NCBI GenBank assembly: GCA_973895155.1
Contig: OZ316891.1
Location: 8,681,875 to 8,745,874, forward strand
Reading direction: 5' to 3'
DNA: 64,000 nt
Source of the DNA: Marsupella aquatica
Taxonomy: Eukaryota > Plantae > Marchantiophyta
Within the stretch, counting starts at the first letter, position 1, and each line of letters opens with the position of its first letter. The position numbers and the translations under genes are program-made. The notes beneath the pieces are model-generated. The model was given only the letters and a program-made list of their open reading frames with translations, had not been told where the DNA came from and did no database searches. Below are positions 23,901 to 37,300 of this stretch, one piece after another.

Positions 23901-26900
23901 ATTACAGTGGTCCTATTAGTAATATGGGGTAGTTTGAGGGACAGGTAGCTAAAAAGCTGTTCTGTTTAATGGGTATCATGGACTAAAGTATGTGAAAATT
24001 TGACTAGTCCACGACAAAAAGCCTAACTAATTTTAGTTAGGATTGTGTTATCTAGCTTTCCTTTATTACTTTGTATTGTTTGATCTAAAGATAACCATCA
24101 GATTTTGGCTAGTGCATGGGGTCTGGGACGAGGTGAGTACTTGGTTAAGACCACATGCCTTGCCAATTTTAGTCCCAATTGTCAAACAATCAGGTGGTGA
24201 ATCTTGACCACTTTAAAAACACACAATCACGATCTCCAAAATTAGAAGGAAGAATTTGGAGCAAGGGAAGAGGCAGAAGATTATCTTTCTTGCCCACCCT
24301 CAGGTTCTCCCTATATATATGCTGTAGAATCTTGTCCTGGAACATGCTTAAATTTTGGTATGGGTGATTGTACTCACAGGTGTAGTGAAAGAGGCAAATT
24401 AATATATCATAGGTAGTAATAGATATATGAACTAAGGGTGGCTTTACAAAAAGGAGGGGGCACTTGTGATGTTTTGCCCTGAAAGCAAATTGGAGGGCCA
24501 TTTATTGTTCTGAATGCCCTTCACTATTTTTCTTTTTGTGTTTTTCAGGGCATTCTGGGAGCATAATGCCCTGGTCAAATCTGGATCAACCCTTTCAGAA
24601 GAATTTCCTCTCTTTTTACAAAAGCTATTACAAAATTAACAAAATCTCAGGCCTTAAGTACAGTAGGGTCCTGTTTCCATCTTGGGTTTCCATAGCATTA
24701 TGGGCAATGATAGCCTCAGCCGAAGCTCTCATTTTTTAGGCAATGTATCCCATAATGTCCTCTAAACTTGAGTTTACTCAATACTAAAGCTAAGCTGTCA
24801 AATTTCTTTTGAAATGAAATTCAGCTCAATGAATTAACACAATTCCCTTACATGGAGGTAACTTTGGAAATGTTTGAACAGCTTAGTTTTTGTGATTAAT
24901 TTTTTCCCTATTTTGTCAAGGTGAATGTCATCTCGTGTGAAGGAGAAGGTGCTCAGTAGGTTCCTTATCTAATTTTACTGAATGTTAGATCTCCCTAGAG
25001 TTAGGGATAATGGTCAGATTCTGGCTAATGGGGTCTGTGCCTACATGCAAAACTGGCTAATCCAAAACAAAAACCTAGGCGAGCATTTGATACATTCAAG
25101 CGGCCAAGACAGTCTGAGGTGGAATTTGGCAGATTTTTTGCAATTAAAATTACTGCTGGATTGGACCACCTCTGGACATTAAGCATGCTTGGGCCCACTA
25201 GTTGACATGGGAGATGGGTAGGCGCCATCCCTGAACAGGCCCTTGCGTTCTTGTAAAGTCAACTATAGTTTTATATCACACTGCACAAAGACAGAAAATG
25301 CCCAACCAGGAGACATGATTTGTTGTTTCCACTCATTGTTGTTGTTTCCACTCATTGTACTGTCCAGATTTAGAACCAACCTGCATGTGAAGTCCTCAAC
25401 AATACCGCCCTCTGCATATGTGAAACATTAGGGGAAAGCAGATCTTGTTTGACAACAGTGGCTTGGAGCATAGCAAAGCTTACAATGATGGCATTCATGA
25501 CATCTGTCCCATTTGGGCTTTGTTTTATGCTGGAGTTTAAGGTGGGGACCTTAGAGGCAAGAAAGTTCCCTTACACTTGTAACTCCTTATTTTCTGCTGT
25601 CAGGCCTGGCACAGGAGGGGGTTAAGGCATTGTTCTCTCACTTATATTAAGCCATGAGTCAGTTTGAGGGCCAAAAATTGTACGGCCACTCACATGAGTT
25701 GGCTCTTGATGTCAAAGCAAATAAACTAAGCAATGGAACCCCAACTTCCAGTGAAGCCACCCTGAGGCCAAAGTAAGGCAAACACACCCTAAATTGAGGC
25801 ATACTTGTGGTACATGAGAGGTTAGAGTAGAGTGGGAAACTGCACAAACTGATGGATTGAGAGAAGGTTTTGTGCCTATTTGAACAATCCACTCATCCTT
25901 GTTCATAAACTCCTCTTGTATTTGTTTTCTTTTGGAATTTTGAACATCAATCATAATCTTCTGCTCAGCGTGGGTAGGGGTTTATGAGACTTGACTAAAA
26001 GTTTTCCGACAAGAGAATCAACGATGTTAACTACACTGGCTGGCACAACACCAACAAAATAATATTTTCAATTGCCCGCTACTGGTGGGATTTTCATTTA
26101 GGCCCAACATGGTACTAAGTAATTTGCTCTCTCGGCCCCATTGTGTGGTGGAGGCAGTTTTTCCCATTTACACGTTTCCAAACCATGCACAATAATGTCA
26201 AAAGTGCCAAACCTAAATCCTCTCTCGACCTTTCTCCTAACTTCATTTTTTAGGTTATTATTCTGTCCTCATGCAAAGTTTGTGGTTTTTGTTGCTCTTC
26301 ATTTGACTAAGTTTTACTGTTTGTTTGGTTAGAGGCATCCCATTCAGTAATCAACTAAATAATTCAGTGATGATTCCAACCAGACGTATGATTCCTGAGT
26401 TGCCTGAGTTTCCTATGCTGGGCCTTCTGGTAACTTGTGAAAGCTTTTTGAAAAAGAGAAGTTTCTGTTACACTCCACATGCATTAACCATGTGGAATGC
26501 ACTCCTGGTAGTAAAGTCCCCATGCTCTCCACAAGACAGAAATAAGTGGTGGTAAAATCAAGAGAACAACCAACAACGTTAGCTCTGGAAGTCCCTCCAA
26601 ACCCCTGAGTGGGCGGTAATGAACAAGCGCACTCCCCCACCCCTTTGTAGATTCTTGAATGGGTGGTACACCAGAAAGGATCCAAAAGCTAGCATCAGTT
26701 GCCTGGCCAATTGGTAAATGATTTAATTTTTCATTTGTGAGAGAGCTGAACTGGCAAGAAAAACATGTTGGACCTGCCCAATATTTACTTATAAAATTTC
26801 CCTCAATTCATGAATTATAGCCGTGAGATCTTCACTGATCTTATGGACAGCGGCGAGATCTTTAAAGGGCTGGAGCTGCAGTGCAAGGCAGATTATGGTG

Positions 26901-28580
26901 GATTTGGTTTATTTTCTCCTTGAAATTTCTTGTATGATGAGGTAGTAATGGAGGAGGTAAGATTTTGGTGAATATTAGACAATTAAACAAATACTGGCCA
27001 TGGTGACACTCACAATGCAAGGGGGTAGGGGAGCATTGTGTCCATAGATCTTGCTCTGGTGGAACTCTCCATGCAATCAAAATAGAATTTATGGAAATAT
27101 CAAATGCAGCTCAATATGTACAGTACTCATTCAAGTTCTCCACCTCTTCAGCAACAGCTTACTTTACTCTTACCATCAAGCTGAGTAAGCAATGTAAGGG
27201 TGCACGCCACAGTGTGGACAGCGCGTGCATGCATGTGAAGCAGATGGACTCACTTATGAAAGCATCGTCCAAATATGGCCCCTTACCAACTCCTTTGGAC
27301 TAATCTAGATTAGTAGTGTTGGACTAATCCAGATTCATGACTTGTCCAGTTATCATTGAAAATTGGACTTGACTGACAAAACATTTTCGAGTGCTCAACC
27401 TCCACAGGAAATTGTGATCAGAATTTGAGAATGTTCTGAGCATTCTGACATAAACACGGGCTTTTTTAAGGGTATGCATTATTTTCAAAATTGAAAAAGA
27501 AAATGGCAAGTAAACACTACATTGGCAATTTACATTATTTCCTGGACGGTAATCCAGGCCAAATAAATACATAGGGTAATCCAGATTGGATAGTATGTAG
27601 AAAAGATAGTTACTTTAGAACACAATAATTTGAGAGCACAGACTTCAGCCATAATTATATACTCAAACATTAGAAAAATGTACTAGGGGAACTCAAAAGC
27701 CAGTCTGCCCACAATCCAAAAACTAAACTTTACCCATTTCTCAACGATTTATAGTCTCAGTATGAGATCTCTCATTGCAAGGAATGGGTCAAGAAAAGAA
27801 GTTACCGGTCCTTCTTGTCCACTTTTGAATTTTATTTTACAATTACTCCAATCTTCCTTTTTTTCAGCGAAAGAAATGAAATTTTGTTTAAGGTGTAATG
27901 TGCCTGCTATATTTATTTATTTTTATGCATTAGCTAATGTGTCTGTTGCATTTTTTCTTTTCTTCTTGTTTAGGGTGGTTAGGGGAAACATAGACATTTT
28001 TGGTGAGTTTAGAATTTTGGTTTGAGTGGAGTTGAAATTGTCTCTCTCCTTGGTCACTAGAGTCCTGTTAAGACTTACATTAAGGTCATCAGGGTGATAT
28101 TTCTCTTTTTGGGAGTTTAGGCTGCTGCCGCGTTAGCATTTTTGCCCTTGATTATATTTCATTAAAAAAGGATCATATTTATATGGTCTTTGAGTTTTTT
28201 TGACAGGGTATGTAGCTGGGTATGCTGAGACAGGTGTACAAGTTACACATTCAAAATTCCAGACACGTTCAAAATTTGGAACTCTTGTAATATAAGATGA
28301 AACTCCCACAGTGAGGGTGAAAACTTTATTCAAGTGATAAAAATTATGGACAATGCCAAATCGCAAGGCATATGTTTGCCAATCACTATATACTAGGGCT
28401 TCTTAGCTCCTTACATCTAAAGAGTCAAATGAATCGCAGTATTCTACGCATGGAGGAATCAGGCATGCACTTCTATACTATCCTACTGTCTAGCATTTTA
28501 CATCCAGGTGAAAAAATCTGTGCCAAGCAGGCTTCAGACATCACACTACACTATATTAATGTCAAACCATATCTAGTAAC

Positions 28581-30596
28581 TCAGTTATTTAGTTTCCCAA
28601 TACTGATGTTCACTGTGCAATTGTTGAGGGACCCAATGTGGCCAAGAACAACAGAGACGGGATTAATATTCTGCCCCTTGCTGCTCTGTTCGTTCCACCA
28701 GTGACCAAAGTTGTCCCAGTCCTTCCAATCAATCTCTGAGATCAATGGATCTTCTTTAACACTCGCTTTAACAGCCTCAAACTGAACAGGGTCTTCCTTC
28801 ATTGACTCAACATCAGGATTATCCTTCACATGAATACACGCGAGTTAATATAAGGTTCGACCACTCAAAAACCAACCAGCAATATAAAATAGATAGGTAA
28901 AATATCTTGATTCAAACCTGTTAAGCGTCTACTGCAATGTCATTGACCACAGTAGCCACTGGGACCATTGGAACAAACACAGGTGGCTCCTCAGGGCCTG
29001 GAGTACCAGCTCGTGGCATAGGTGCATCCATTGGCTTGGTAAAATCTGCAAAACCAACACTCAACAAGGTTAATGCCTGTCTTAGAAACCTGCAATTGCA
29101 AACCATCAGAACACAAATAATGTTAACTTACCACTAAAGGCACCATCCAAGTTGAGTTTGGACTTCTTGGTAGGCGAATCTTCATCCTCTACTACCGGAA
29201 GTTTACCACTGATGACTTTGTTCTTGAACAAGCCAGTTTCTTCCTTCACAGTGTCCTCATAGACACTGCCGTCTCCAGCACAACGTTGTGCAACACGAAC
29301 CTGGGCCTCAATCGATTGATCATATCGAACATACGCCCCCTGGCTCTTATGACCAGTGATTCGCATCCCAACATTCAATGGCACTCCCTCCGAGCACATC
29401 CGTGTTACACAAGTCGTCCTTCCAGATTTGTTAGTGACACTATCAGTAACAAGGCCGCATTCTCTGTGGATCTCCTTCAGGCACCCTGTCAACTTCTTGG
29501 CAGAAACACGTAATGTCGAGTACCAAGCGTGGGTTCTAGGACTATCAATAGATTGATAAAACAAATAGGTACCTGACACTGGCAGATGATCCACCAGAGT
29601 TTGAAGTGTTGCAAGCATGTCCTGATCATGCTCAGTCAATGCAGGGCGGAAGTGTTCATCTTGGTATCGATCCAAGGACACTTTGTAGTTCTTGGACAAG
29701 CGTTCATCATATTGTACAAACCTTCCAGCTTCATCTTCACCAAACTTAAACTCTTGCTTTCCTAAGTTGTAGAGCTCTATTCCTCCACGGATTGCAAATC
29801 GACAGAGCAGAAAAAACACAGCTCTTCGTTGCAGGCCCCTTGGATGTGAGACACTTGTGCAAGAATGAGAAAGAATATTGTGCTCGTCAGCAAGAGTGAT
29901 GACTGCAGCCTTCTTCTAAGGCTGGTTAGCGCCTGCTCTTCGAGAGCGTTCCATAGCCAAGACACACGAAACACCAACCTGCTTGAACATAGGGCTACTC
30001 CTCGTACAAAATATTGGCTCGTCCTTACCTGACTGTTGGATTCAAGCTTCTTGCTTTCGACGCAAGATTCGGTGGAATGCACGGTACAGGCCCATTAGGG
30101 TCTGGCTTGGATATAGAGCTCCATCTTTTTTGGTCACTTGCTCAAAGAACTTCGTGAGCAGATTACTGCAATCATGTGTTGACAGGTCCTCCAGCAGAAC
30201 TGTGGTGTCCAATCTCTTAAACATACAGAATTTGTTTAGGCGATTCCTTGCCCATTTATCAACAGAAGCAGAAGCATTCCCTCCACCCTCGGCAAGGGTT
30301 TGCTGGAAGGATTCATCCTCATCTAGGAACTCAAAAGAAGCTCGTCCTTGCACACTCACTACAACCTGGCTAGGTACTACTTCCTCCAACTTCATAGATT
30401 CGATGTCCGAATGTAGCGTGTCGATCAGAGCTTGAGTTTGCTCTTCAACGTTCTGATCACTAAGCATATCGGAAAAGGGTTGGTCCATGTTTGAAGTACC
30501 AGGCAGCGAGTTTGAACAAGCCTCTTTGCCACTGGCGCTTGAGCTCGGAGCCATAGCAAAGGCAGACAAGCCACTGCTGAACGACGAAGAAGACAT
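28581..30596 (-). pseudogene. Crypton/DUF3504-type tyrosine recombinase, spliced (exons 30596-29132, 29045-28918, 28823-28581), with 3 in-frame stops
   Basis: LLTKFFEQVTKKDGALYPSQTL, FAIRGG.ELYNL, VTNKSGRTTCVTRM..EGV...MRITGHKS...VRYD and the C-terminal LNNCTVNI. ORFs 30042-30596 and 29106-29819 share one frame; stops lie at 30042, 29916 and 28921. Confidence 0.82.
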
Positions 30597-30966
30597 TTCC
30601 TGATCGACAATGGACCATCGAACATAATCGTTATACAGACTCTAGAGCTCCATAGAACCACGAACATAGAGACTTTGATGTTGCATAATAATCCAGACAT
30701 CGAATGCAGGCAACGAACATGAAATAACCAACCGATAGTTGGCGAGCAATGCTTGTTGTGGAGTGATGCGGAAGTTATCAGCAAAGCTGCTAGCAACGAT
30801 CGATCATTGGTGCGTTGATGAATGCCTGACTGTATCCCGGATGCCAAAAGCGGAGGAGCGATCATAAACAGGAAACATAGGGTCCAGTTGGAAGGAGCGC
30901 TTCCAACAACACCCTGTCAACATATTTCGATCACTGTTCTAATACCAATGCCAATGTAGGCACCTA

Positions 30967-31120
30967 GGCCTGAAGCGCTTGCGTAAATCTAATGCAATGT
31001 AATGGCCAAGGATAATGAAAGTTACAAATATTGTCTCAAGGGCCTGAAGCGCTTGCGTAAATCTAATGCAATGTAATGGCCAAGGATAATGAAAGTTACA
31101 AATATTGTCTCAAGGGCCTG
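30967..31120. repeat. 74-bp perfect tandem duplication
   Basis: ggcctgaagcgcttgcgtaaatctaatgcaatgtaatggccaaggataatgaaagttacaaatattgtctcaag occurs twice. Confidence 0.92.
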
Positions 31121-31254
31121 AGGATTTCAGCGTAGTTTACTCACCTGGAACTGCAACGCAACAGCACATTCGGCATATATTCAACTGCTGCGTCAAGAAA
31201 GCAGGTCCGCATGCAAAACAGTCATCCATGTGAGCAAAAGGTAAGACAATAACA

Positions 31255-31308
31255 AACGCAACTCAAATGCAACTCAAAAGCAACTCAAACGCAACTCAAA
31301 TGCAACAA
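31255..31308. repeat. 11-bp minisatellite (gcaactcaaaN) x ~4-5
   Basis: aacgcaactcaaatgcaactcaaaagcaactcaaacgcaactcaaatgcaac. Confidence 0.85.
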
Positions 31309-31721
31309 AAGCTGAACCAGCACCGAATCATTCATCAACAAGTAGCATCAATGAGCAACATCTGCACAGCCAAATCGTGGTTGTAGACGAGGACCTCAAC
31401 CATGCACACGGCGGTAAGCGGGACCACAGCAATGAGCGGGACGACGAGCGGGATGACGTGCAGCAACGCAAATCAAAACTCAAAATGAACAATGACGACT
31501 GCCAGTTACACCCTTCCCACTATACACCCTTCTAGAGCCCTAATCCTTGGCTTTTGTGGACCATAGATCTGAAATGCACAGGTACGATGCGAGGATGTAG
31601 CACCAAAATCTGATGTGTTAGTGTTTTCTCCCTTAACGAACAGCTATGGACCGGGGCTAATCCCTTAATGGGATATAAAGTCTCCCGTATATACGATCTC
31701 CCCGCATACGTGGGTCGACCA

Positions 31722-32196
31722 TGTTGGGTATTTACTCTTACGTCTAGGTTAGGTATGACGTGGTTGGTACAACAACGTGGGTTGGTACAACTACGTGGTT
31801 AGGTACAACTACGTGATTAGGTACAACTATGTGGTTAGGTACAACTACATGATTAGGTACAACTATGTGGTTAGGTACAACTACGTGATTAGGTACAACT
31901 ATGTGGTTAGGTACAACTATGTGGTTAGGAACAACTAAGTTGCACACTATATCATAAGAGGCATGTGTGCTTGGAGAGGTAGAACCAAGGCTCATTGTTA
32001 TGGAGCCACTTGAGAGATAGGGAGAGCGTACACTGTGGAGACTCGGTATAGCCGACGGGCTTAGAGTTCAGTAAAGCTCTCTTGTGTGTTCCCGTGGACG
32101 TAGCCTCAAGGAGGTGAACCACGTATCTCTTGTGTCGACTATTGTGCGTTGGATGGTTCATGGGCTTGCCGTTGCGATCGTCGTCTATGCTCAACA
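31722..32196 (+). repeat. 5' LTR (475 bp) containing an 18-bp tandem array
   Basis: TGTTGGG...TCAACA, with an internal (ggtacaactacgtggtta)-type unit x ~9-10 at ~31760-31938. Confidence 0.97.
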
Positions 32197-32198
32197 AT

Positions 32199-32210
32199 TG
32201 GTATCAGAGC
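32199..32210 (+). promoter_or_regulatory. Primer-binding site (tRNA-iMet)
   Basis: TGGTATCAGAGC begins 2 nt after the 5' LTR. Confidence 0.95.
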
Positions 32211-33351
32211 ATGCTTGGGAGGTGACGTGTGTTCGTGACGGGATTTCATGACGATTTTTCCAGCGTTGAGTGTTGGTGGATTTTCCAGAGTTCCATCGCA
32301 TGGAACTTGGAGTTTATGGGCTCAACGGATAGATCAGGGCAAGAGCTTTCTAACGGTGTGAAGAAATCGTTGAACGGAGCTCGTGGTGCAGAGAGATCTA
32401 AGTTTTTGTCGTTCTGGATTTTGTGAAGAAAGTTGGCAATCGACTCGGAGGGAGAAGCGTCAAGTGTTTTGACTCAACGAAGAGATTGAGGCAAGACGAT
32501 TGTTTTTGAGTCCGGGATTGGCTCTTTGATGCAAAGAGGAAGGCTAAGCAAAATCAATTACCTTGTTGGACTTGGTGACGGCACCAAGTGCAATTGATCA
32601 ACATTCGTTGTTGACAAGGTACCATTTTTTTCTCTTTGAAAAACTGATTCGAAATTGGCTATGGCAATTGAGAGAAATCTGTCATCTTTACCAATTTTTT
32701 TCTCCCTCGTTCTTTCCTCGTTTTGGGGGTCTTCTTATATCGATCTTCATCGCCTCGGAGTCTAGTTTCCAAATCTGAAATCGGATCTTGATTTCGTCAA
32801 AACCCGAGTGAGATATCTTGCGTTTGGTGTCGAGGGGTACATTCTGCCGTGTGTATTTTCTGCGCGCGCGACCAGATTTCGACGACGAAAGGTGGTAGGG
32901 GGTTTTGGGGGTTCGAGGACACATGTCAGCCCCTCGATTGTTCTTCCAAAATTCCCACAGGGCCTGTACAAGGGTCATAGAATATTCCAAAAAACCAGAG
33001 AGCTATTTTTTGACTGTCCGACAAAGATTTCATCCGCCGAACGGTAACTTTTTTGGTTATTTTTCGGCGAGGTCATAGCCATTGAAGTTGGCAATGCAGC
33101 GCACCAATCACATCGTAATTCCGACAATGGGTTGTACTTGGTATTTCAGTTATTCCTTGAGGTGGTCAAAACGGGGGAGTTTCCCAAGGTTTTACCCACC
33201 TCGACCGAAATTTGAATAACTTTTCCGTCAAATTTCGATTTTGATTTCGGTTTTCAGTATTGGACTCCTAGCTTTGTGGGCTACGCGGCGGTGTTGAGTT
33301 TCGAGTTTTTTGAGAAGTTGTGAAAAACAACATTTTTTGTGACTTTCTCAT

Positions 33352-34386
33352 ATGAGTGATTCGGAGGAGTTTTTTGAAGACGTGGAACTTGAAGCACGAG
33401 GATCACCGCGGAGGTTTCAGGGGCAGAGAGAGGAGCAGGAGGAAGAGCACGTGACACCGATACCATCACCGGTGCGGCGTGTGGTGGAGGAAGCAGTACT
33501 ACTACCGGAGCTCACGGTAAAGAAGAAGATGGGGACTTTCAAGCTTGGGGGACCCAAGTATGAAGTGACAAAGTATGATGGGCGCTCTGACTACTTGCTA
33601 TGGGAGAAGCAGGTGAAGGGAGTGCTTTATGCGTCAGGGATGGGCCAACTGCTGAGCCCTCGTGAAGACGATGTTGATGAGAAACAATGGGACCGCATGC
33701 AGGAGCAGGGAGTGTGGTGTGTTACACTCTATCTCATGCCTCCCATCATCAAGCAGTTGGGTGCACATAAGGATTGCATGTCCTTGTTTGCGGAATTGCA
33801 GAGCAAGTATCACCGCAAGGAGTTGTCGAACCGGCTCTACACTTCCTACAAACTGATGAGTTTCAGGATGAAGGAATCTGGTACGAAGTTGCAAGACCAT
33901 GTGGATGCTTTCAACGACATGGTTGTTGACTTGGAAAACCTTGGGGAGACTTTGAATGATGAGACGAAGGCTCTGCAACTTCTTAGTTCATTGCCTCCAT
34001 CTTACCAGTCCCTATCACGAGTGTTGTTGCATCGTGATAGGGATACCATTTCATACAATGACGTGGTAAGTTCTCTGCTTAGTGATGATCTTCAGCAGAA
34101 GATGCACATCACGTCACAGCCTTCATCATCTGGTGCTGCCCTCAATGTTAACCGTGGGAGGAGTATGCAGCGACCAACTGGGGACCGTAGAACCCAGTTT
34201 AGATCTAAATCCAGATCTAAGTCCAAGGGTAAATCCCCTCAGAGGAGGCAGGTGACATGTTGGAAGTGCAACCAAGTTGGACACTTCAAGCAAGACTGTA
34301 AGGGAAAGGCAGCGGAAACTTCATCGGCAAATGTGGCTAGGGCTGATGGAGAAGCTGATTTACTCAATAATGAGTATGTTTTATGA
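33352..34386 (+). CDS. gag: Copia Gag (UBN2 domain, CCHC zinc knuckle)
   Basis: KYDGRSDYLLWEKQVKGVL, ALQLLSSLPPSY and CWKCNQVGHFKQDC. Confidence 0.93.
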   Translation: MSDSEEFFEDVELEARGSPRRFQGQREEQEEEHVTPIPSPVRRVVEEAVLLPELTVKKKMGTFKLGGPKYEVTKYDGRSDYLLWEKQVKGVLYASGMGQLLSPREDDVDEKQWDRMQEQGVWCVTLYLMPPIIKQLGAHKDCMSLFAELQSKYHRKELSNRLYTSYKLMSFRMKESGTKLQDHVDAFNDMVVDLENLGETLNDETKALQLLSSLPPSYQSLSRVLLHRDRDTISYNDVVSSLLSDDLQQKMHITSQPSSSGAALNVNRGRSMQRPTGDRRTQFRSKSRSKSKGKSPQRRQVTCWKCNQVGHFKQDCKGKAAETSSANVARADGEADLLNNEYVL

Positions 34387-37300
34387 AGCCGGGGGTATGC
34401 CCTGTGCACGTCATCTAGGAGAGCAGATGATGTGTGGATTCTTGATTGTGCTTGCTCTTTTCATATTTGTTACATTCGTGAGTTTTTCAGTTCTTACTCT
34501 GTTTCAAACGGTTCAGTTCTGATGGGAAATGATCACTCCTGTCAAATTGAGGGAATTGGGTCTGTGAAGATTCAAATGTTTGATGGCGCTGTGCGCACAG
34601 TATCCGGAGTCAGGTATGTACCTGGCATGCGTAAGAATCTGATTTCACTCGGTGTGTTGGATTCAAATGGTCATCAATGGAGCGTTATTGATGGTGAACT
34701 TCAAGTCAGGTCGGGAGAGACAGTGATTTTGAAAGGGAGTAGACAAAAGAATTTGTATGTGTTACAGGGCAATATTGTATGTGGAGAGGCCAATGTAACC
34801 AAGTCTCACGAGGAGATGACTCAACTGTGGCATTCACGGCTAGGCCACATGAGTGAGAAGGGTTTGGCTATCTTACGGAAGAATGGACTCATTTCTGATT
34901 TGCAATCTTGTAAATTAGAGTTTTGTGAGCATTGCATTCTTGGAAAGCAGCATCGTCGTGCTTTTGGTGTTGGAACTCATCGTTCCAAAGCGGTTCTTGA
35001 GTACATACATAGTGACGTGTGGGGTCCATCCCCGACTCCCTCACACTCTGGAAAGTTGTACTATGTATCATTTATTGATGATTACTCAAGATTTGTGTGG
35101 ATTTATTTCATGACGCATAAGTCTGATGTCTTGTCCATTTTTAAGAAGTGGAAGGCCCAGGTGGAGAATCAGACTGGAAACACGATCAAGTGTTTGGATA
35201 CAAGGGTGAAGAGTCTGAGGTCAGACAACGGCGGGGAGTACACTTCAATGGAATTTGAAGAGTACTGTTCAGAACAGGGGATAACTCGCCATCTCACCAC
35301 AGTTTATACTCCGCAGCAGAATGGTGTCGCTGAGAGGCTCAATCGGACACTGTTGGAGCGGTCACGGAGTATGTTGAGCCAATCAGGTTTACCACAAGAA
35401 TTTTGGGCAGAAGCTGTCAATACCGCAGCTTATTTGGTAAATCTTTCTCCTTCTAGTGCTATCAATTTCAAAACGCCGTTTGAGATGCGCTATAAGCGGC
35501 AAGCAGACTATCATGGCTTGGTAGTTTTTGGAAGTGATGCATATGCTCTCACACCAAAGCAGAATAGGACCAAGTTGGATCCTACCTCCAGGAAATGTGT
35601 TTTTCTTAGGTACCAGAGTGGTGTGAAAGCCTATAGGCTATGGGATCCTATTGCCTGTAAGCTCGTTGTTAGTAGGGATGTTTCCTTCAATGAATCCAGA
35701 TTATTGAAGGAGAGGGAGAATACTCAGGTCTCCCATACTGACAAAGGAAAATCTCCTATCCCGGATCTCGTTGAGGGGGAGATTGGTTATGAGGTGCATG
35801 ACCGGAGAGAAGGAGTTGCTCCAATTATGGAGCTGGTTCCTGTGCCAGAGGAACCAGAGGAGTTTGTTGATGCTGGTGAGCAGCAAGTGGATGCTGTTGA
35901 GCTTCAAATTGTACCAGCACACGCAGATCAACCGGAGTCATCGGCTAGAAGAACATCTGGTCGCACTGTACGCGCTCCACCAAGGTATGGACAGTGGGTT
36001 GATTCATCTCAACTGCAAGAGGATGATTTTACAGCTGATGATGAGGGTGATGCGTTAATTTTGGAAGAAGGAGAACCTTCTTCATTTCATGAGGCAAGTG
36101 CTTCAAAGGAGAAGCAGAAGTGGACTGCAGCAATGCAAACGGAGATACAGTCACTAAAGGACAACAAAACTTGGGAGCTTGTTAAGCTGCCTAAGGGTCA
36201 GCAAGTGGTGGACAACAAGTGGATTTACAAGCTGAAGGATAATTCCATAGGAGGTGGATCGAAGGTCTACAAGGCTAGATTGGTAGCAAAGGGATTCACA
36301 CAAGAGAAAGGTGTGGATTACAATGAGGTCTTCTCACCAGTTGCTAAGTACTCTACAATACGACTATTGTGTGTACTTGTTGTAATGTTTGGTCTGCTCC
36401 TAGATCAGATGGATGTTGTCACAGCTTTCCTCTATGGCACATTGGAAGAGGTGATCTTCATGAGACAACCGCTAGGTTTTGTGAAGAGAGGACAGGAGGA
36501 ATTGGTTTGCAGATTGCTGAAATCCTTGTATGGGTTGAAGCAGTCACCAAGACAGTGGAACAAGCGGTTTGACGATTGGATTCGGTCACAAGGTTTTCAC
36601 AGAAGTGTATTTGACCCTTGTGTGTATTTGAAACCGGTGAAGAATGTTGTCTTTGGGTTCATTGTTTTAGTACTTTATGTGGATGACATGCTAATTGCAG
36701 CCAAGGATAGGTCTGAGATTGTTAAGCTCAAGGCACTGCTTAGTGCAGAGTTTAAGATGAAGGACTTAGGGCCAGCTAAGAGGATTTTGGGTATGGAGAT
36801 CACTAGGGACTTGGAGGCTGGCAAGCTATGGTTGACGCAGAGCAGTTATGCGAGGAAGGTAATTGCAAGGTTCAACATGGAGAATAGCAAGCCAGTAAGT
36901 ACCCCGTTGGCTCCACACTTCAAGTTATCATCAGCGTTCTGTCCTACGGATGACACAGAGAAGGGGTTGATGTCAAAGGTTCCATATGACAAGGCAGTGG
37001 GGAGTCTCATGTATTTGATGACTTGCACTAGACCTGATCTTGCCATGGCTATGGGCAAGGTGAGCAGGTACATGTCGAATCCAGGGAAGGTACACTGGGA
37101 AGCAGTGAAGTGGATTATCAGGTACTTGAAGGGTACCGTGGATCATGGTCTTTTATTTGATGCGAATGCAAAGAATGCTAGATCATTGATTGGCTATGTT
37201 GATTCTGACTATGGACAAGATTTGGACCGAAGGAGATCAACAACAGGATACGTGTTCACACTTGGCGGTGGATGCATAAGTTGGAGGTCTACTTTGCAGA

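Noticed and set aside
25700-27200. Short coding-like fragments on the minus strand
   Set aside because: No recognisable motif; too decayed to call.
31744-31995. ORF with (VVPNHI)n repeats, also at 37873-38124
   Set aside because: It is an antisense translation of the 18-bp LTR array.
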